This document shows, piece after piece, positions 1 through 12,479 of a stretch of DNA of 64,000 nucleotides. The stretch covers positions 231,322,001 through 231,386,000 of the forward strand of contig OZ024742.1 in NCBI GenBank assembly GCA_964016885.1, given 5' to 3'. The notes beneath the pieces were generated by a model that was not told the origin of the DNA, made no database searches, and saw only the letters and a program-made list of their open reading frames with translations. Source of the DNA: Eledone cirrhosa (lineage: Eukaryota). The position numbers were made by a program, and so were the translations under genes. Every line of letters begins with the position of its first letter. Position 1 is the stretch's first letter.

Positions 1-1003
1 CAGTGCGTCTGCTTGGCTTTAGGATGTCAGTCCACATCATCATGTGAGCGTTGAGGATTTTTTCCCTCCCATCGTGTGTTTGTTGTGCAACTTCGCTCGT
101 GTTGGTGATGTGGGGTTGCATAGCCTCGATGTAGTTCGGCATGCTATCTATTGACATCCTACCAGACTTATCTGTGGGTAGACACACTACCTCACCATCC
201 CTTGTGCGCTGCTTGAGGCTAACCAAGCCTTCTACAGGTTTTCTCCCAAGTTGTTGGGCCTCTGGTCTGCTCTGTCTCTTAGTATACCTGTCTACTACTT
301 GTCTAATCTTATTTCTAGCTATGGTGAACTGTGCCTCCGTCTCGTCATCTATTTGCTGTGGTATGCAAACTCTTTTATTAAAGGGTAACCTCGTAGGATA
401 GATATTACCCATCTTATATGTTTTGTCAGCTGGGTTGAAAAATAGTTTCTCCAAGGGGTTGTCATTATATCTATCGTCATAGTTGTGTGTGTTGTTATTG
501 TTGTTGTTATTATCAGGGTGGTTGTTGTTGTTTCTATCATTAGCATTATTATTATTGTTATGATTGCTAGATGTATTGTTGTTTACTTCGCCGTTATTGT
601 TGTTGTTGTTACTGTTATTTCTACCATTGTGGTTGTTACTAGTATTATGTTTCTTGTTTTTGTTGATGTTGCTACATGTACTATTTCCATTATTACCACT
701 GTGGTTATTGTTGTTGTTGTTCGTATTGTTACCGTTATTACTACTGTGGTCACTGTTGCTGTGTCTGTGGTTAACGTTTCTATTATTATTATTATTGTGG
801 TTGTTGTTGTTCCGTCTATCGCTAGTATTATTGCCATTATCACTATTTCTCACTTTCCTGCCATTGTTATGGTTATGGCTGTTATTTCTATACCCAGAGT
901 TATTGTTTATATTACTACTACCGTTATTATTGTTGTTGTTGTTTACCTTTGCATTCCAACGTATTTTTGTGAAACACTTTTCCAGCTCCGTTTTGCACTC
1001 CAT
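1..1003 (-). mobile_element. Penelope-like element (Naiad-like) N-terminal ORF half, inverted relative to the adjacent C-terminal half; runs off the window edge
   Basis: Not in ORF track. Hand translation from ATG at 1003 is open to position 1: MECKTELEKCFTKIRWNAKV, a long Asn-rich tract, then ...EGLVSLKQRTRDGEVVCLPTDKSGRMSIDSMPNYIEAM, matching the PLE DKG/DKSG motif that precedes the RT core. Confidence 0.8.
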
Positions 1004-1039
1004 AGGGTTAATCTAAAAAGACTCCCATAGGAAGGTGGA

Positions 1040-2470
1040 TTGGGTGGACCAAAGCTATACGGACCCCCCCCCCAAAAAAAAAACACTGATCAGGTAAGAA
1101 AAATGGTCGCACATGCAATAGGGGCTAGTATCAAAACTACCCTAAAGGGACACATATTTAAGTTCAATGAGAAAATCTACACCCAAAATGAGGGAGCGGC
1201 CATCGGCGTCAGCATAGCTGGTGATGTTGCCAACCTTTTCATGGTATGGTGGGAAAGGAGACTTAAAGATCTCCTTAATGAAAGCTCCATAGACCTCATC
1301 ATGTACTCTCGTTATGTAGACGATATCAATATAGTTATAAGAACATCCCCACTAGAGAGCACTAACAAGTTTGATTTAGAACGTAGCACGATGGAAAGCA
1401 TCCAGCAGATAGCTAATTCCATACACCAGAGTATAACTGTAACTATCGACTTCCCTTCCAAACACCCTAACAATAGACTACCTGTATTAGACACAGAACT
1501 CTGGATTAACACTATAGACGAGAGAGCCCAAATTCTCCACTCACACTATGCTAAACCCATGGCCTCCAAATACCTGATACTCAAAAACTCAGCAATGTCC
1601 AGTAGTGCTAAGTTTAATATTCTGATCGCAGATTTGGTACGAGTGATGAAGAATGTGTCCAGCATGTGCGACCCAACAGAAATGGAAAGACACATCCAAC
1701 ACTTCATCAACCGCATGCAGTTCTCTGGCTACAACCAAAGAGACAGAGTCAGAGTATACGAAGGAGCCATGGAAAAGTATAAGACCCTCATAGAACTGGA
1801 CATGAAAGGAATTTGCCCACTATACAGGAGCAAATCATGGAATAGCTTAGATAGGGCTAGACATAAGATAGGGAAGGCCACATCATGGTACGACAACCAG
1901 AGATATCAGAGTGTCATGTTTGTGGACGCCATCCCTGGAGGGAAATTAGCTAACCAGTGTAGAAAGGCCCTGAGAAAGACCCACTTAAAAATAAAGGTGG
2001 TAGAAAAGCCAGGAACCACCATAAAATCCCTGATCAGCAAAACCTACCCTTTTAAGAAAACCCACTGTACCAATAGGAAATGTATCATATGTAAGGTGAA
2101 CCCCCGGATAAACTGTAAAACTAGAAACGTAGTCTATAGCATAAGATGTACAGAGGGTACTTGCAGAAACATGACAACAACATACATAGGTGAGACAGCT
2201 CGTATCATAGGTGAAAGGATAGACCAACACTCGGGGGAACTAAAAGGACGAAAAAACGGGTCAGTACTATACGAACATGCTAGACAACAACATGACGGTA
2301 ACATAGACAACATAGAAATTAGAATAATATCTAAACATAGGAATGACCCAGCAGATAGGCAAATCAGAGAGGCCAGTGAAATAGAAATTAGAAGACCAAA
2401 GCTAAACAGAAAGAATGAGTGGAACAACAACAACACCCAAACAAACAACACTGACCTAAGAAAAGTATAA
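1040..2470 (+). CDS. Penelope-like element RT (C-terminal part) plus GIY-YIG endonuclease, 5'-truncated, Naiad-like
   Basis: YTQNEGAAIG (RT motif B'), YSRYVDD catalytic motif, LPVLD, HYAKPMAS thumb, Cys linker HCTNRKCIIC, NVVYSIRC...C...YIGET GIY-YIG, IREASEI and PKLN. Confidence 0.9.
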   Translation: MGGPKLYGPPPQKKNTDQVRKMVAHAIGASIKTTLKGHIFKFNEKIYTQNEGAAIGVSIAGDVANLFMVWWERRLKDLLNESSIDLIMYSRYVDDINIVIRTSPLESTNKFDLERSTMESIQQIANSIHQSITVTIDFPSKHPNNRLPVLDTELWINTIDERAQILHSHYAKPMASKYLILKNSAMSSSAKFNILIADLVRVMKNVSSMCDPTEMERHIQHFINRMQFSGYNQRDRVRVYEGAMEKYKTLIELDMKGICPLYRSKSWNSLDRARHKIGKATSWYDNQRYQSVMFVDAIPGGKLANQCRKALRKTHLKIKVVEKPGTTIKSLISKTYPFKKTHCTNRKCIICKVNPRINCKTRNVVYSIRCTEGTCRNMTTTYIGETARIIGERIDQHSGELKGRKNGSVLYEHARQQHDGNIDNIEIRIISKHRNDPADRQIREASEIEIRRPKLNRKNEWNNNNTQTNNTDLRKV

Positions 2471-2747
2471 ATAAGTAAATAAATAAAATAAAATAAAATA
2501 AGATAAATAAATACATACACAAGCACAATAACAACAAGCACATAAACACACACTAGTCACCCAGCAGACACAACACTATACACACTAGTCACACAGCACA
2601 CACAACACTGTACACACACGCAAACGCATGCGCAAAGAAGACAAAATAAAATAAACAAACAAGCAAATAAATAAATAAATATATAGACAGACTGAATAAA
2701 AAATGGCGTAGACATACAACACAACAGGAGGAAAAAATATAACACCA

Positions 2748-2780
2748 CTGACGATGTTGCAGATGTGCAACGAAAGATTT
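2748..2780 (+). ncRNA. Hammerhead ribozyme-like core in PLE 3' UTR/pLTR
   Basis: CTGACGA-T-GTTGCA(GATG)TGCAAC-GAAA: conserved core around a perfect 6-bp stem II, about 280 nt after the PLE stop codon. Confidence 0.65.
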
Positions 2781-3009
2781 ATGTAAATTATGTAAACTAT
2801 ATATATGTGTTTGTGTCTATATTGTATCTGTATTATTTTTGACCGTCGGTCAGTCAATGGCAACATTGAGGACCGATTAAGTTAGATCGCAGATATAAAA
2901 GACAGCGAGAAGCGAAAACCAACCAAACAGTGAGTGTGTTCTGTTATTAATTCTGGCAATATTACACAAATATGACCCTCCCCAAGTATAACTATATATA
3001 TATATATAT

Positions 3010-4137
3010 AGTGAAAAATGGAACAGGAACAAAACAGAGAGGCAGTACGAACAAAGGTATATTAGTTTCACACGCTTGAGAGTGGGGGGTGGGGAACGAC
3101 GTTTCGGGCATAAGCCCTTCTTCAGGCGAAAAGTGTGTGGGAAGAGTGTTCCGAGGGTGTGTAGGGGAGTGGAGGTGAGACATTTAGAAAAAAGGGGGGT
3201 GGAAAGGGTACAAATAAAAATTAAAAAATAAAAATAAAAATAAACATGAAGATAAACAAGTTGTGGAAGGGTGGGGGGCGTGTAGGGGAGGTGGCGGGTG
3301 GAGTGTGGAGAGGGAGGCGGGGTGTCCGAGCGGGGAGAGCTGAAGGTGGTGTATGTGTGTAGGTGTACGTGTGTGTGTGTGTATGTGAATGTGAGAGTTG
3401 GGGGAAGAACGAGGTTCCATGCTCAGGAAAAGGTGTGTGAGTGTGAGTGTGGGGTGGGGTGTAGATCGGTGTGTGTGTGCGCGTGTGGATGGGAATGGGT
3501 CATAGGTGTGGGGGAGGGGGGAGGGGGGATTCCGGAAGCTGAGTGTGTATATATGTGGGGGTACGCACGTGGGTGTGGTGTTTATACGTATTGTGGATGT
3601 AGGTGGCGTGGTTCGAAAAAAAATTGTTGTGAATGTATGTCTGTGGGTAAGTTCCGTAGAGGGTGTGGTGCGATGCCGGATATTTTCCATGTGATGGAGT
3701 TGATAGTGGGAACGATGGCCAATGGTGTGTAATCCGTGGTTGTGTTGGTCGGAAGAGGGAGATGCGGGGTGCGCGCGCAACAGGAAGTGATCAGAGAGTC
3801 AAGGGTTAGTGGTGGTAGTGGGGTGTATGGATAGTGTGAGTGCGTGTATATATGTACCGGTGGGTGTGTGCGTGATAGGGGGGGGTATTGTTAATGGGGG
3901 GGTTAGTATTGTTAGTTGTGGGGTGGGCGGCGAAAAGGAGGAGTGTGTTAGTGGTGTTAGTGGGGGATATGTGTGTGTGGGGGGAAGGAAGAGGGCGGTC
4001 GAGGCTAAAGGATTAGGGGTGGGGAGTTGAGGCCGGGGCGAGTGTGGGTCTGTAGGGTGAAGATGGTGCGTTGTTCGACCCTGAGGCGGGTGTTCCGTGG
4101 CATTGGAGTAGGCCACAGACTGTGAGGTGGTGCGCAT
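3010..4137 (-). mobile_element. 3' fragment of a second Penelope-like element (Neptune/Poseidon-like) with long pyrimidine-rich 3' UTR
   Basis: Minus strand about 4090-4025 reads RLRVEQRTIFTLQTHTRPGLNS (GIY-YIG C-terminal EQ..IF.L.T..P.GLN motif); HHR near the 3' end; (TA)n on both flanks (2993-3010, 4136-4146). Confidence 0.75.
3097..3125 (-). ncRNA. Minimal hammerhead ribozyme (PLE-type)
   Basis: Minus strand CTGAAGAA-GGGC(TTAT)GCCC-GAAAC-GTCG: intact core, stem II, short palindromic ACGT stem III and a GUC cleavage triplet. Confidence 0.8.
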
Positions 4138-4419
4138 ATATATATATCTTCTTCTGGTGGTGGTAATAAGGGCAGTGACAATGCTGACGATATCTGGAAG
4201 TAAAATATAATGAGCTATATCTTCCTTCCTTTTCTTTTTCCCTCTCCTTATCCCTCACTGCATAGCTGCCCTACCCCCCCCCCCTCCTCCTTCTTGTCAC
4301 CTTCATCTCACCCCACTGCATCCACTCCCGCTATTTACCCCTCAGTATAATATCATATAGAGTGAGGAACACAGTGTCTCAGAAGGATTTAAACAATTTG
4401 ATAATTATGGAAACATTAC

Positions 4420-5243
4420 TACATACACGTATATACATATATACATATATATATACATATATACATATATATATATATAGTGGAAAATAGAACGGGATAT
4501 ATATATATATATACATACATATATATATATATACATATATACAATAGATACATACATACATACATACATACACACATGCATATATATATACATACAATAG
4601 ATACATACATACATATATATATACATACATACAATACATGCTTACATACATACACACATACATACATACAAGTACAATCCATTAATGGAACAGTAAAAAT
4701 ATGTAAAACATTCCAAAAATTGTGCATCTAATAACTGCATATACACATGTACAGATACAAAGCATATACACATGCACACATACAACTCAAAACATCCACA
4801 TCCACACATACAATAACATCCATATCTACACATGCATACATACATATCTACCTAGTTGATGTTGTGTAAATTCCAATAAGAGAGTCTTGTGTCTATGTTA
4901 GAAACCGACTCTCTCTCTATTGGTAACACTTTGTGAAATTATAAAACGAGAAGAACATACATACATACACACACACATATATATATATATACATACATAC
5001 AATAGATACATACATACATACAATTGATTCATATATACACACATACATACATGCGTACATACATACATGCGTACATACATACATACACACATACATACAT
5101 ACATACATACTCACGTACGTACGTACGTACATACATACGTACATTCATTCATACATACATACATGTATGCATACATACATACATACATACATACATACAT
5201 ACATACATACATACATACATACATACATACATACATACATACA
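4420..5243. repeat. (TA)n/(TACA)n compound microsatellite
   Basis: Directly visible; produces spurious YIHT/MYVC ORFs. Confidence 0.95.
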
Positions 5244-8200
5244 TTTATGCAAAGGCTAACAACTTTATGGAACTCCAAACACCCAGAATTAGACTTTTCT
5301 CCAAAGCATTTAAATGAACAGGCAAAACGTATCATTAGGTGTAAATTGATACATCTAACGGAATTGAGTGATACTACAAATACAGCCCTTGTAGACAACC
5401 ACCCCACCTCCACTGACAGACAAAGAGAATGGCCAGCTAAATCTAACAGTGAACAGCTCAACAACAATTTTGCTGAAATCCATCCCACTTCCACTGAAAA
5501 ACAGCGAGAATGGTCAGCTAACTCTAGTAGTAATTGTCACCACATCAACAACCAGGCTGAAATTCATGACTCTACTGTACAAACAGAACACCAAAAACTT
5601 GTGGACACCTTACAAGTGATATGGGACGATATGTTTCAAGATATACACAGCCTTAATGTGAGTGACAGACCATACAACACCAGAATCAGTAAAGAACCCA
5701 CTAAATTGGAAATGGAAGCGGCGAACGAAATAGCTGACAATTATCTGAAGGCTATACGATCTAAAGGTGTAGAAATGACATTTGAAACGCTTAACATTTT
5801 GTTATATGTTTCAGCTGTCACATTGCTATCATATAACAAACATCTAAAACCACACAATCAAGATACAAACAAGAAGCCTGAACCAGCGTGGATGCGAAAT
5901 TTAAAAAGCAAAATGTTGTCCCTGAGACGAAGTATCTCATACATCGCAGTCGTTATGAAATGCAACATAGAGAGCAACTTCACACGACACCAGGAAGAAC
6001 TAAAAAAAGGTTAGAGAGACGATTTGGAGATACAAAATTTAAAACTTTAAACTCCAAATTACACCAGTTGAAACAACAACTCACAGCTACAACAGAAAGA
6101 CTAAAATATAAGTCAACAGCACATAAACGACAAGTGCTAAATAGATTGTTTGCCAGGGATCCTAAATCAGTTTATCGCAGCTTCGGTAGCAAAAGCTCAA
6201 TCTCTGTAAATGACACCCCTTCAAAAGAACAGGTTGAGAGCTACTGGAGATCTGTATGGGAAACGGATGACGGATTCAACAGACAAAATAATTGGCTAAA
6301 AGAACTGGAACAGGACTATTGCCAACATGCCCAGACAAAACAATATGACATAGATGGGTCAATACTGGGAACAGCTCTACAGAAAATGTCGAATAGGAAA
6401 TCACCAGGCCCAAACCTCATTACAGGATACTGGTTGAAGAATTTCACTTTCTATCGGCAAGATTTCATACGGCTGTTTACAGAAACCATTAAAGGCACAC
6501 AAGAACTGCCCAGATGGTTATCAACTGCCACTACTCTCCTCATTCCCAAAAATAGCCAAACCACCCTTGCTAAAAATTACCGCCCAATAGCCTGCCAAAA
6601 CATCAATTATAAATTATATACTGGGTGCCTTAACCTGTTCTTACAGGATCACTGTTCTACCAACAACATCATAACACCTGAGCAAGCTGGTGGAAAGAGG
6701 GAGGTGTGGGGTTGCATAGATCACCTACTAACTAATAAAATGATTCAAGAAAAAACAACAAAGAATCGCAGAAACATGACTGTGGTGTGGCTGGACTATC
6801 AAAAAACATTTGATAGTGTACCTCATGGGTGGATTGTTAAGGCTTTACAGTTAGCCAAAGTCCCACAACCACTGGTAGCTGCTGTTGAACGTCTGACCAA
6901 GAACTGGTACACCAATTTGATCCTTAGAGGTGAGAAGGAGCAAGTTAAGACTGATAAGATACATTACCAGAAGGGCATCTTTCAGGGTGATAGCTTGTCA
7001 GTGCTACTCTTCGTTCTCTCACTAAATCCACTATCTTACCTACTCAGGAAACAAGGTGGACAAAGAAGTGGGTCCAGAAGTATCTCCCATCTTTTCTTTG
7101 TTGATGCCCTGAAGTTGTATGGACCAAATAACAATCACATCAAGAAACAATTGGACCTCATTACACAATTTTCAACAGACATCAAAATGAAATTTGGTGA
7201 GTCCAAGTGTGCATATTTGGCAGTAAAACGTGGAAGAGCTGTGCCCTCCTCTAGAAATCTAGAGATGAACGGCCTGACAATACAACCTCTACAGTCAGGT
7301 GACAACTACAGATATCTTGGGCAGTATGAGAATGTCAGATATGATGGACCCATAAATAAGGAGAGAACCAGAACTGAATACCTCAGAAGAGTAAAGAAAA
7401 TATGGTCATCAGAACTGTCAGCATACAACAAATACATTGCCCACAATACTTATGCTGTGTCAATTCTAACGCCAACATTTGGCCTGCTGAACTAGTCATT
7501 GCAAGAACTAAGTGAGATGGATGTTAGAACTCGCAAACTTCTCAGTGTTACTGGGAACTTTAACATCAATGGTGATGTGGATAGGCTATACTTCTCACGC
7601 AAGAAAGGTGGCCGGGGTCTAAAATCCATATTAACATCATATGAGACCCGGATAGTAACACTGAAGCAACATCTTCAACAGAGGAAAAAGGTTGGCAACC
7701 ATCTTGTCCAGGTTTATGAGCATGAAAAAAAATATCATTAGAATAGCGACTGATCTGGAGGAGAGATATGGAATAAAGCCTGATATAAATCTCTCACCCA
7801 GAGAAATCGGAAGATCCTATCAATGTTCAAACAAGTTGAAAAAATTGACCAATTTACAGAAAATGTTGTGCATGGATACTTGAGACGTAAAACACAGACC
7901 ATAGAGGGGATAAACCACTCAAAAAGCCTGGCATGGAGTTCCGACAAGTTCATGACATCACATCTTGAGGGATATCTCTGTGCAATACAGGAACAAGAAC
8001 TCCCTACCAAATATCTGCTGCACAAAAGGGGAGGGCCATCAGCTGACAATAAATGTAGGCTATGTAAAACAAAGATCGAGGATGTAAGCCACATTGTTGC
8101 CAGCTGCGAAAGAATGTCATCTCGCTACTACCTCTCCATGAGACACGATGGGATAGCTAGAACCATCTGGAACGCACTTCGGAAAACAAAATTAACAACA

Positions 8201-8705
8201 AACGAGGAAGAAAATATTGAGACAGATGGCACTAAGGAATACTGGTGGAACCTGAAAATAAAAACTGTCACCAAATTAAAGCACAACCGGTCTGATATTG
8301 TTGTTTGGGACCACACATTGAAAACGTGTTCTGTTGTGGAGATCAGCTGCCCACTTGATGTAAACGTTGTCAGAAAAATACAGGAGAAGGAGGACATCTA
8401 CGGACCATTGATGAAGAGTTTACAAATCCAGTATCCAAGATACACCTTTAGCTTCATACCCATCATTATTGGAGCTACGGGTTATATACCAACCCGCTTG
8501 GACCAAAGTATGACTGAACTTGGATTTGCGGACAAAGAGCGCAGCTCCCTAATTCATAGTCTACAAATGGCTGCGATAGCTGGCACCTTCATAATTTGCA
8601 AAACATTCTTGCGATTCAAGGGATGACAATTTCTTTTCTTTTACAACCTTGCCACCAGGAAGGTGGCCGGTCAAATAAATATACTCGAAATTAAGATAAA
8701 GAAAT
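5244..8705 (+). mobile_element. R4/Dong-clade non-LTR retrotransposon (RT + CCHC + restriction-like endonuclease), degenerate
   Basis: KSPGP, NYRPIAC, WLDYQKTFDSVPH, GIFQGDSLS, FVDAL (degenerate catalytic motif), YRYLG, GGRGL, CRLC...HIVASC, RHD, KHNRSDIVVWD...VVEISCP. Frameshifts near 6005, 7735 and 7825; stop at 7493-7495. (TACA)n abuts both ends. Confidence 0.88.
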
Positions 8706-8866
8706 AACATACATACACACATACATACATACATACATACATACATACATACATACATACATACATACATACATACATACATACATACATACATACATAC
8801 ATACGTACATACATACATTCATATATACATACGTATGTACATTCATATATACATACATACGTACAT
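8706..8866. repeat. (TACA)n microsatellite at the 3' flank of the R4/Dong element
   Basis: Directly visible. Confidence 0.95.
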
Positions 8867-9106
8867 GGTGGCTGCCAACTCGTTTTCGAGTACAATTGGA
8901 TGGTCATTGACAATTTTGGATGGTCATTGACTCTTAAGAGCTCCTTTGCCCTTTGACAGGTTTTGTTTTTAGTCCTGCAGGATGTCCAAAGTCACCCTCC
9001 TCACCAAGAAACCTCGATGGGGTTGCCAGTTTAATCGCCAACGACCCGACCATGAGACAGGTTGTACTGGGATACATGTTACCAGTAGCACCAACTGGTG
9101 ACCTGA
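8867..9106 (-). mobile_element. Short (TACA)n-embedded repeat related to 24908-25361
   Basis: Shares TGGCTGCCAAC(T/C)CGTTTTCGAGTAC at the same TACA junction and TTGGATGG(T/C)CATTGACTCTTAAGAGCTCCTTTGCCCTTTGA with the 24.9-25.4 kb element. Strand inferred. Confidence 0.6.
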
Positions 9107-9349
9107 CATACATACGTACATTCATACATGCATTCATACATACATACATACATACATACATACATACATACATACATACATACATACATACATACATACA
9201 TACACCAGTGGCGAAGAGTAACCTGGAAAGCAGGGCATGCAGTCCAATCGCCATGGCGGAAAGTAGGGTTGTTTACCTTACCCCACCCCCACCCCCCACC
9301 AATTCCCTCTAAATGACCCTCCCGGTCAAAGCCGCATGTAGTGTTATCT

Positions 9350-9448
9350 AGTGTATGTGTGTGTGTGTGTGTTATCTTTTTATGTGTCTACGATTTAGTA
9401 AGCAGTCAAAATTCTGCTTGCCCCAAAGCTGTCGTGTGTTTGTGTGTA

Positions 9449-9479
<31 letters not shown>

Positions 9480-9572
9480 TATCTTTTTATGTGTCTACGG
9501 TTTAGCAAGCAGCCAAAATTCTGCTTGCTTCAACCGATGCTGTCGTGTGTTTGTGTGTTTGTGTGTATGTGT

Positions 9573-9643
<71 letters not shown>

Positions 9644-9725
9644 ATCGTTTTATGTGTCTACGGTTTAGCAAACAGCCAAAATTCTGCTTGCTTCAACCGA
9701 TGCTGTCGTGTGTTTGTGTGTTTGT

Positions 9726-9770
<45 letters not shown>

Positions 9771-9830
9771 ATCGTTTTATGTGTCTATGATTTAGTAAGC
9801 AGCCAAAATTCTGCTTGCTTCAACCGACGC
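9350..9830. repeat. Four tandem copies of a ~70-bp unique unit separated by (TG)n
   Basis: TTTTATGTGTCTA(C/T)G..TTAG.AA.CAG.CAAAATTCTGCTTG recurs near 9375, 9482, 9643 and 9772. Confidence 0.9.
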
Positions 9831-9995
9831 AATTGATCAATGCTAAAGATTCTATAACGCATGCAGTGCATGCGTTGCATGCACGCACCCTTCGCCCCTG
9901 ACATACACACATAAAATGAGGAAATTGGGGTTTTTTTGGTTTTTTATTGATTTTGTTACTCTTGTATTTTTAGTTTTCTCTTTTGTTCGTTCTGA

Positions 9996-10121
9996 AGAGA
10001 GAGGTGCAGAGAAGAGAGGAGCAGAGAGAGGGGGGGTGGCGGAGAGAGGGAGAGGTGGAAGAGAAGGAAGGAGGTGGCAGAGCGAGGGAGGCTGGTGAGA
10101 GTGAGTGAGAGAGAGAGAGAA

Positions 10122-10182
<61 letters not shown>

Positions 10183-10585
10183 GGTAAGGTGAAGGAGGTG
10201 GAAGAGAGAGGGGCATATGGAAAAGAGAGGGAGAGGTGGCAGAGAGAGAGAGAAAGGTGGTAGAGAGAGAGAGGGGTGACAGAGAAAGGGAGGTGAAAGA
10301 GAGAGCGACATGACAGAGAAAGAGACATGACAGAGAGACTGAAAGGTGGTAGAGAGAGGTGGAAGAGAGAGAGGTGGCAGAGAGAGGGAGGTAGAAAAGA
10401 GAGACATAGGTGGTAGAGAGAGAGAGAGATGTGGAAGAGAGAGGAGGTCGAAGAGAGAGGAGGTGGTAGAGAGAGAGAGGGGTGGCAGAGAGAGGAGGTG
10501 GAAGAGAGAGACAGAGGTGGCAGAGATTGAGGTGGCAGAGAGTGAGGTGGCAGAGAGAGGGAGGTGGAAGAGAGAGACAGAGGTG

Positions 10586-10643
<58 letters not shown>

Positions 10644-10750
10644 AAAAGAGAGATAGAGGTGGTAGAGAGAGATGTGGCAGAGAGAGGGAGGTAGAAAAGA
10701 GAGAGAGATGTGGCAGAGAGAGGGAGGTAGAAAAGAGAGACAGAGGTGGT

Positions 10751-10781
<31 letters not shown>

Positions 10782-10858
10782 GTTGGAGATGTGGCAGAGA
10801 GAGGAGGGGGAAGAGAGAGATAGAGGTGGTAGAGAGAGAGGGGGGCAGAGAGAGGAGG

Positions 10859-10913
<55 letters not shown>

Positions 10914-11040
10914 GAGAGAAGAGGTGGAAGAGAGAGACAGAGGTAGCAGAAGAGGAAAGGGGTGGGGGCATGAAGAGGGAGAGGTGGAAGAGAGAGGGGG
11001 TGGGAGAAAGAGGTGGAGGCAGGAAGAGGGAAGGAAGGAG
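9996..11040. repeat. Polypurine (GA)n/GAGGTGG degenerate satellite
   Basis: About 1 kb that is almost all G/A on the + strand. Confidence 0.95.
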
Positions 11041-11185
11041 GTGCCATTGTTTATTTTCAAATTGCTTTCTTAATTACCGGAGTCATTACCTTGATTCCTT
11101 ATTTGGTAATGGTAGGGGAGTGATGGTGGTGGAGTTATTGTCGGGGTGGTGTTGCTGCTGCTTGTGATCAGTGTAGACGGTATCA

Positions 11186-11263
11186 GTGGTGATGGTGGTG
11201 GCGTCGGTGGTGGTGGTGGTGGTGGTGGTGGTAGTGGTAGTGGTGCTGCTGTTGTTGGTACCG

Positions 11264-11294
<31 letters not shown>

Positions 11295-11800
11295 CAGTGG
11301 TGGTGGTGGTGGTAGTGGTGCTGCTGCTGTTGTTGGTACCGTTGTTGTTGTTGGTGGTGGTGGTGGTGGTGGTGGTGGTGGTGGTGGTGGTGGTGGCAGT
11401 GGTGGTGGTAGTGGTGGTGGTGCTGCTGCTGTTGTTGGTACCGTTGTTGTTGTTGGTGGTGGTGGTGGTGGTGGTGGTGGTGGTGGTGGTGGTGGTGGTG
11501 GTGGTAGTGGTGCTGCTGCTGTTGTTGGTACCGTTGTTGTTGGTGGTGGTGGTGGTGGCAGTGGTGGTGGTGGTGGTAGTGGTGGTGGTGGTGGTGGTAG
11601 TGGTGGTGGTGCTGCTGCTGTTGTTGGTACCGTTGTTGTTGTTGGTGGTGGTGGTGGTGGTGGTGGTGGTGGTGGTGGTGGTAGTGGTGCTGCTGCTGTT
11701 GTTGGTACCGTTGTTGTTGGTGGTGGTGGTGGTGGTCGTCGTGATTGTCGTCGTGGTGGTCGTGGTGGTCGTGGTGGTGGTTTAATGGTGGTGGTGGCGG
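11186..11800. repeat. (GGT)n/(GTT)n compound minisatellite with repeated GCTGCTGTTGTTGGTACCGTTGTT core
   Basis: Core containing GGTACC repeated six times, separated by variable (GGT)n. Confidence 0.92.
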
Positions 11801-11974
11801 CGGTGGTGGAGATGGTGGGAGTACAGAGAAGGTCTTTGTGGTGGAGAAGGTCTTGGTGGGGATGGTTCTAACCTGCAAGTGTCAGAGCATTCCAAAAACA
11901 CGTATTCTTAAGGAGAAAATCATCGCGAAATAGTGTATGACAAGGTGAACCTTTGAATTACACGTGTAGTTCAT

Positions 11975-12050
11975 TTTTTTCCAGCTGAGTTGACTATAGC
12001 AATATGAAATAAAGTGTCTTGCTCAAGGACAACGCGCCGCCAACAATCGA
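11975..12050 (-). mobile_element. SINE fragment (family of 52765-53100 / 53548-53980)
   Basis: GCAAT.TGAAATAAAGTGTCTTGCTCAAGGA shared with 52985-53015. Confidence 0.65.
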
Positions 12051-12479
12051 ACAAACTACGATACGATCGTGAACCGAACACCCTAGACCACGTACTTTCA
12101 CATACCAACGTGTGTATCCTTAGCGTAATTGTCATGGACATTTTGTGTGAAAGAGTGTGTGAATGGCTGCCCATTGAATTACAGATACGATATCATAGGA
12201 GGCCTGCTAAAGCCTGTATAAGTGGAAGCTGTAGATTTCAGTTCATTTCGACATACTCCTTTACTATTCTCCGGTGAAACACCTTCTCCATTCTGTCCGT
12301 AATTGGAAGCCCATTTGCTCACCATACAGAAAGATGGAGAGGGCGAGAGAGATGGAGGCGATGATAGTGGGAGTTCGGCCCTTCCACTTTCGGACCGTAT
12401 ATAGAGAGTGAAATTGTGGCAATGTGATTGGTCAGAAATCTAAACAACAACATTAATGAAATAGAGTTGTTTAAAGTTT

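Noticed and set aside
485-1030. Hydrophobic Val/Ile-rich plus-strand ORF
   Set aside because: Antisense shadow of the Asn-rich PLE N-terminal frame.
2815-2880. Possible SECIS element (some Naiad PLEs are reported to encode selenoproteins)
   Set aside because: The hairpin lacks the AUGA/GA quartet, and no in-frame TGA is seen in the PLE ORF halves.
9852-11060. Long Ser/Leu/Pro ORFs in three minus frames
   Set aside because: Artefact of the (GA)n/(TC)n tract.
11146-11878. Gly/Val-rich or His/Gln-rich protein ORFs
   Set aside because: Open in several frames on both strands because the trinucleotide repeats lack stops; no splice or flanking coding evidence.
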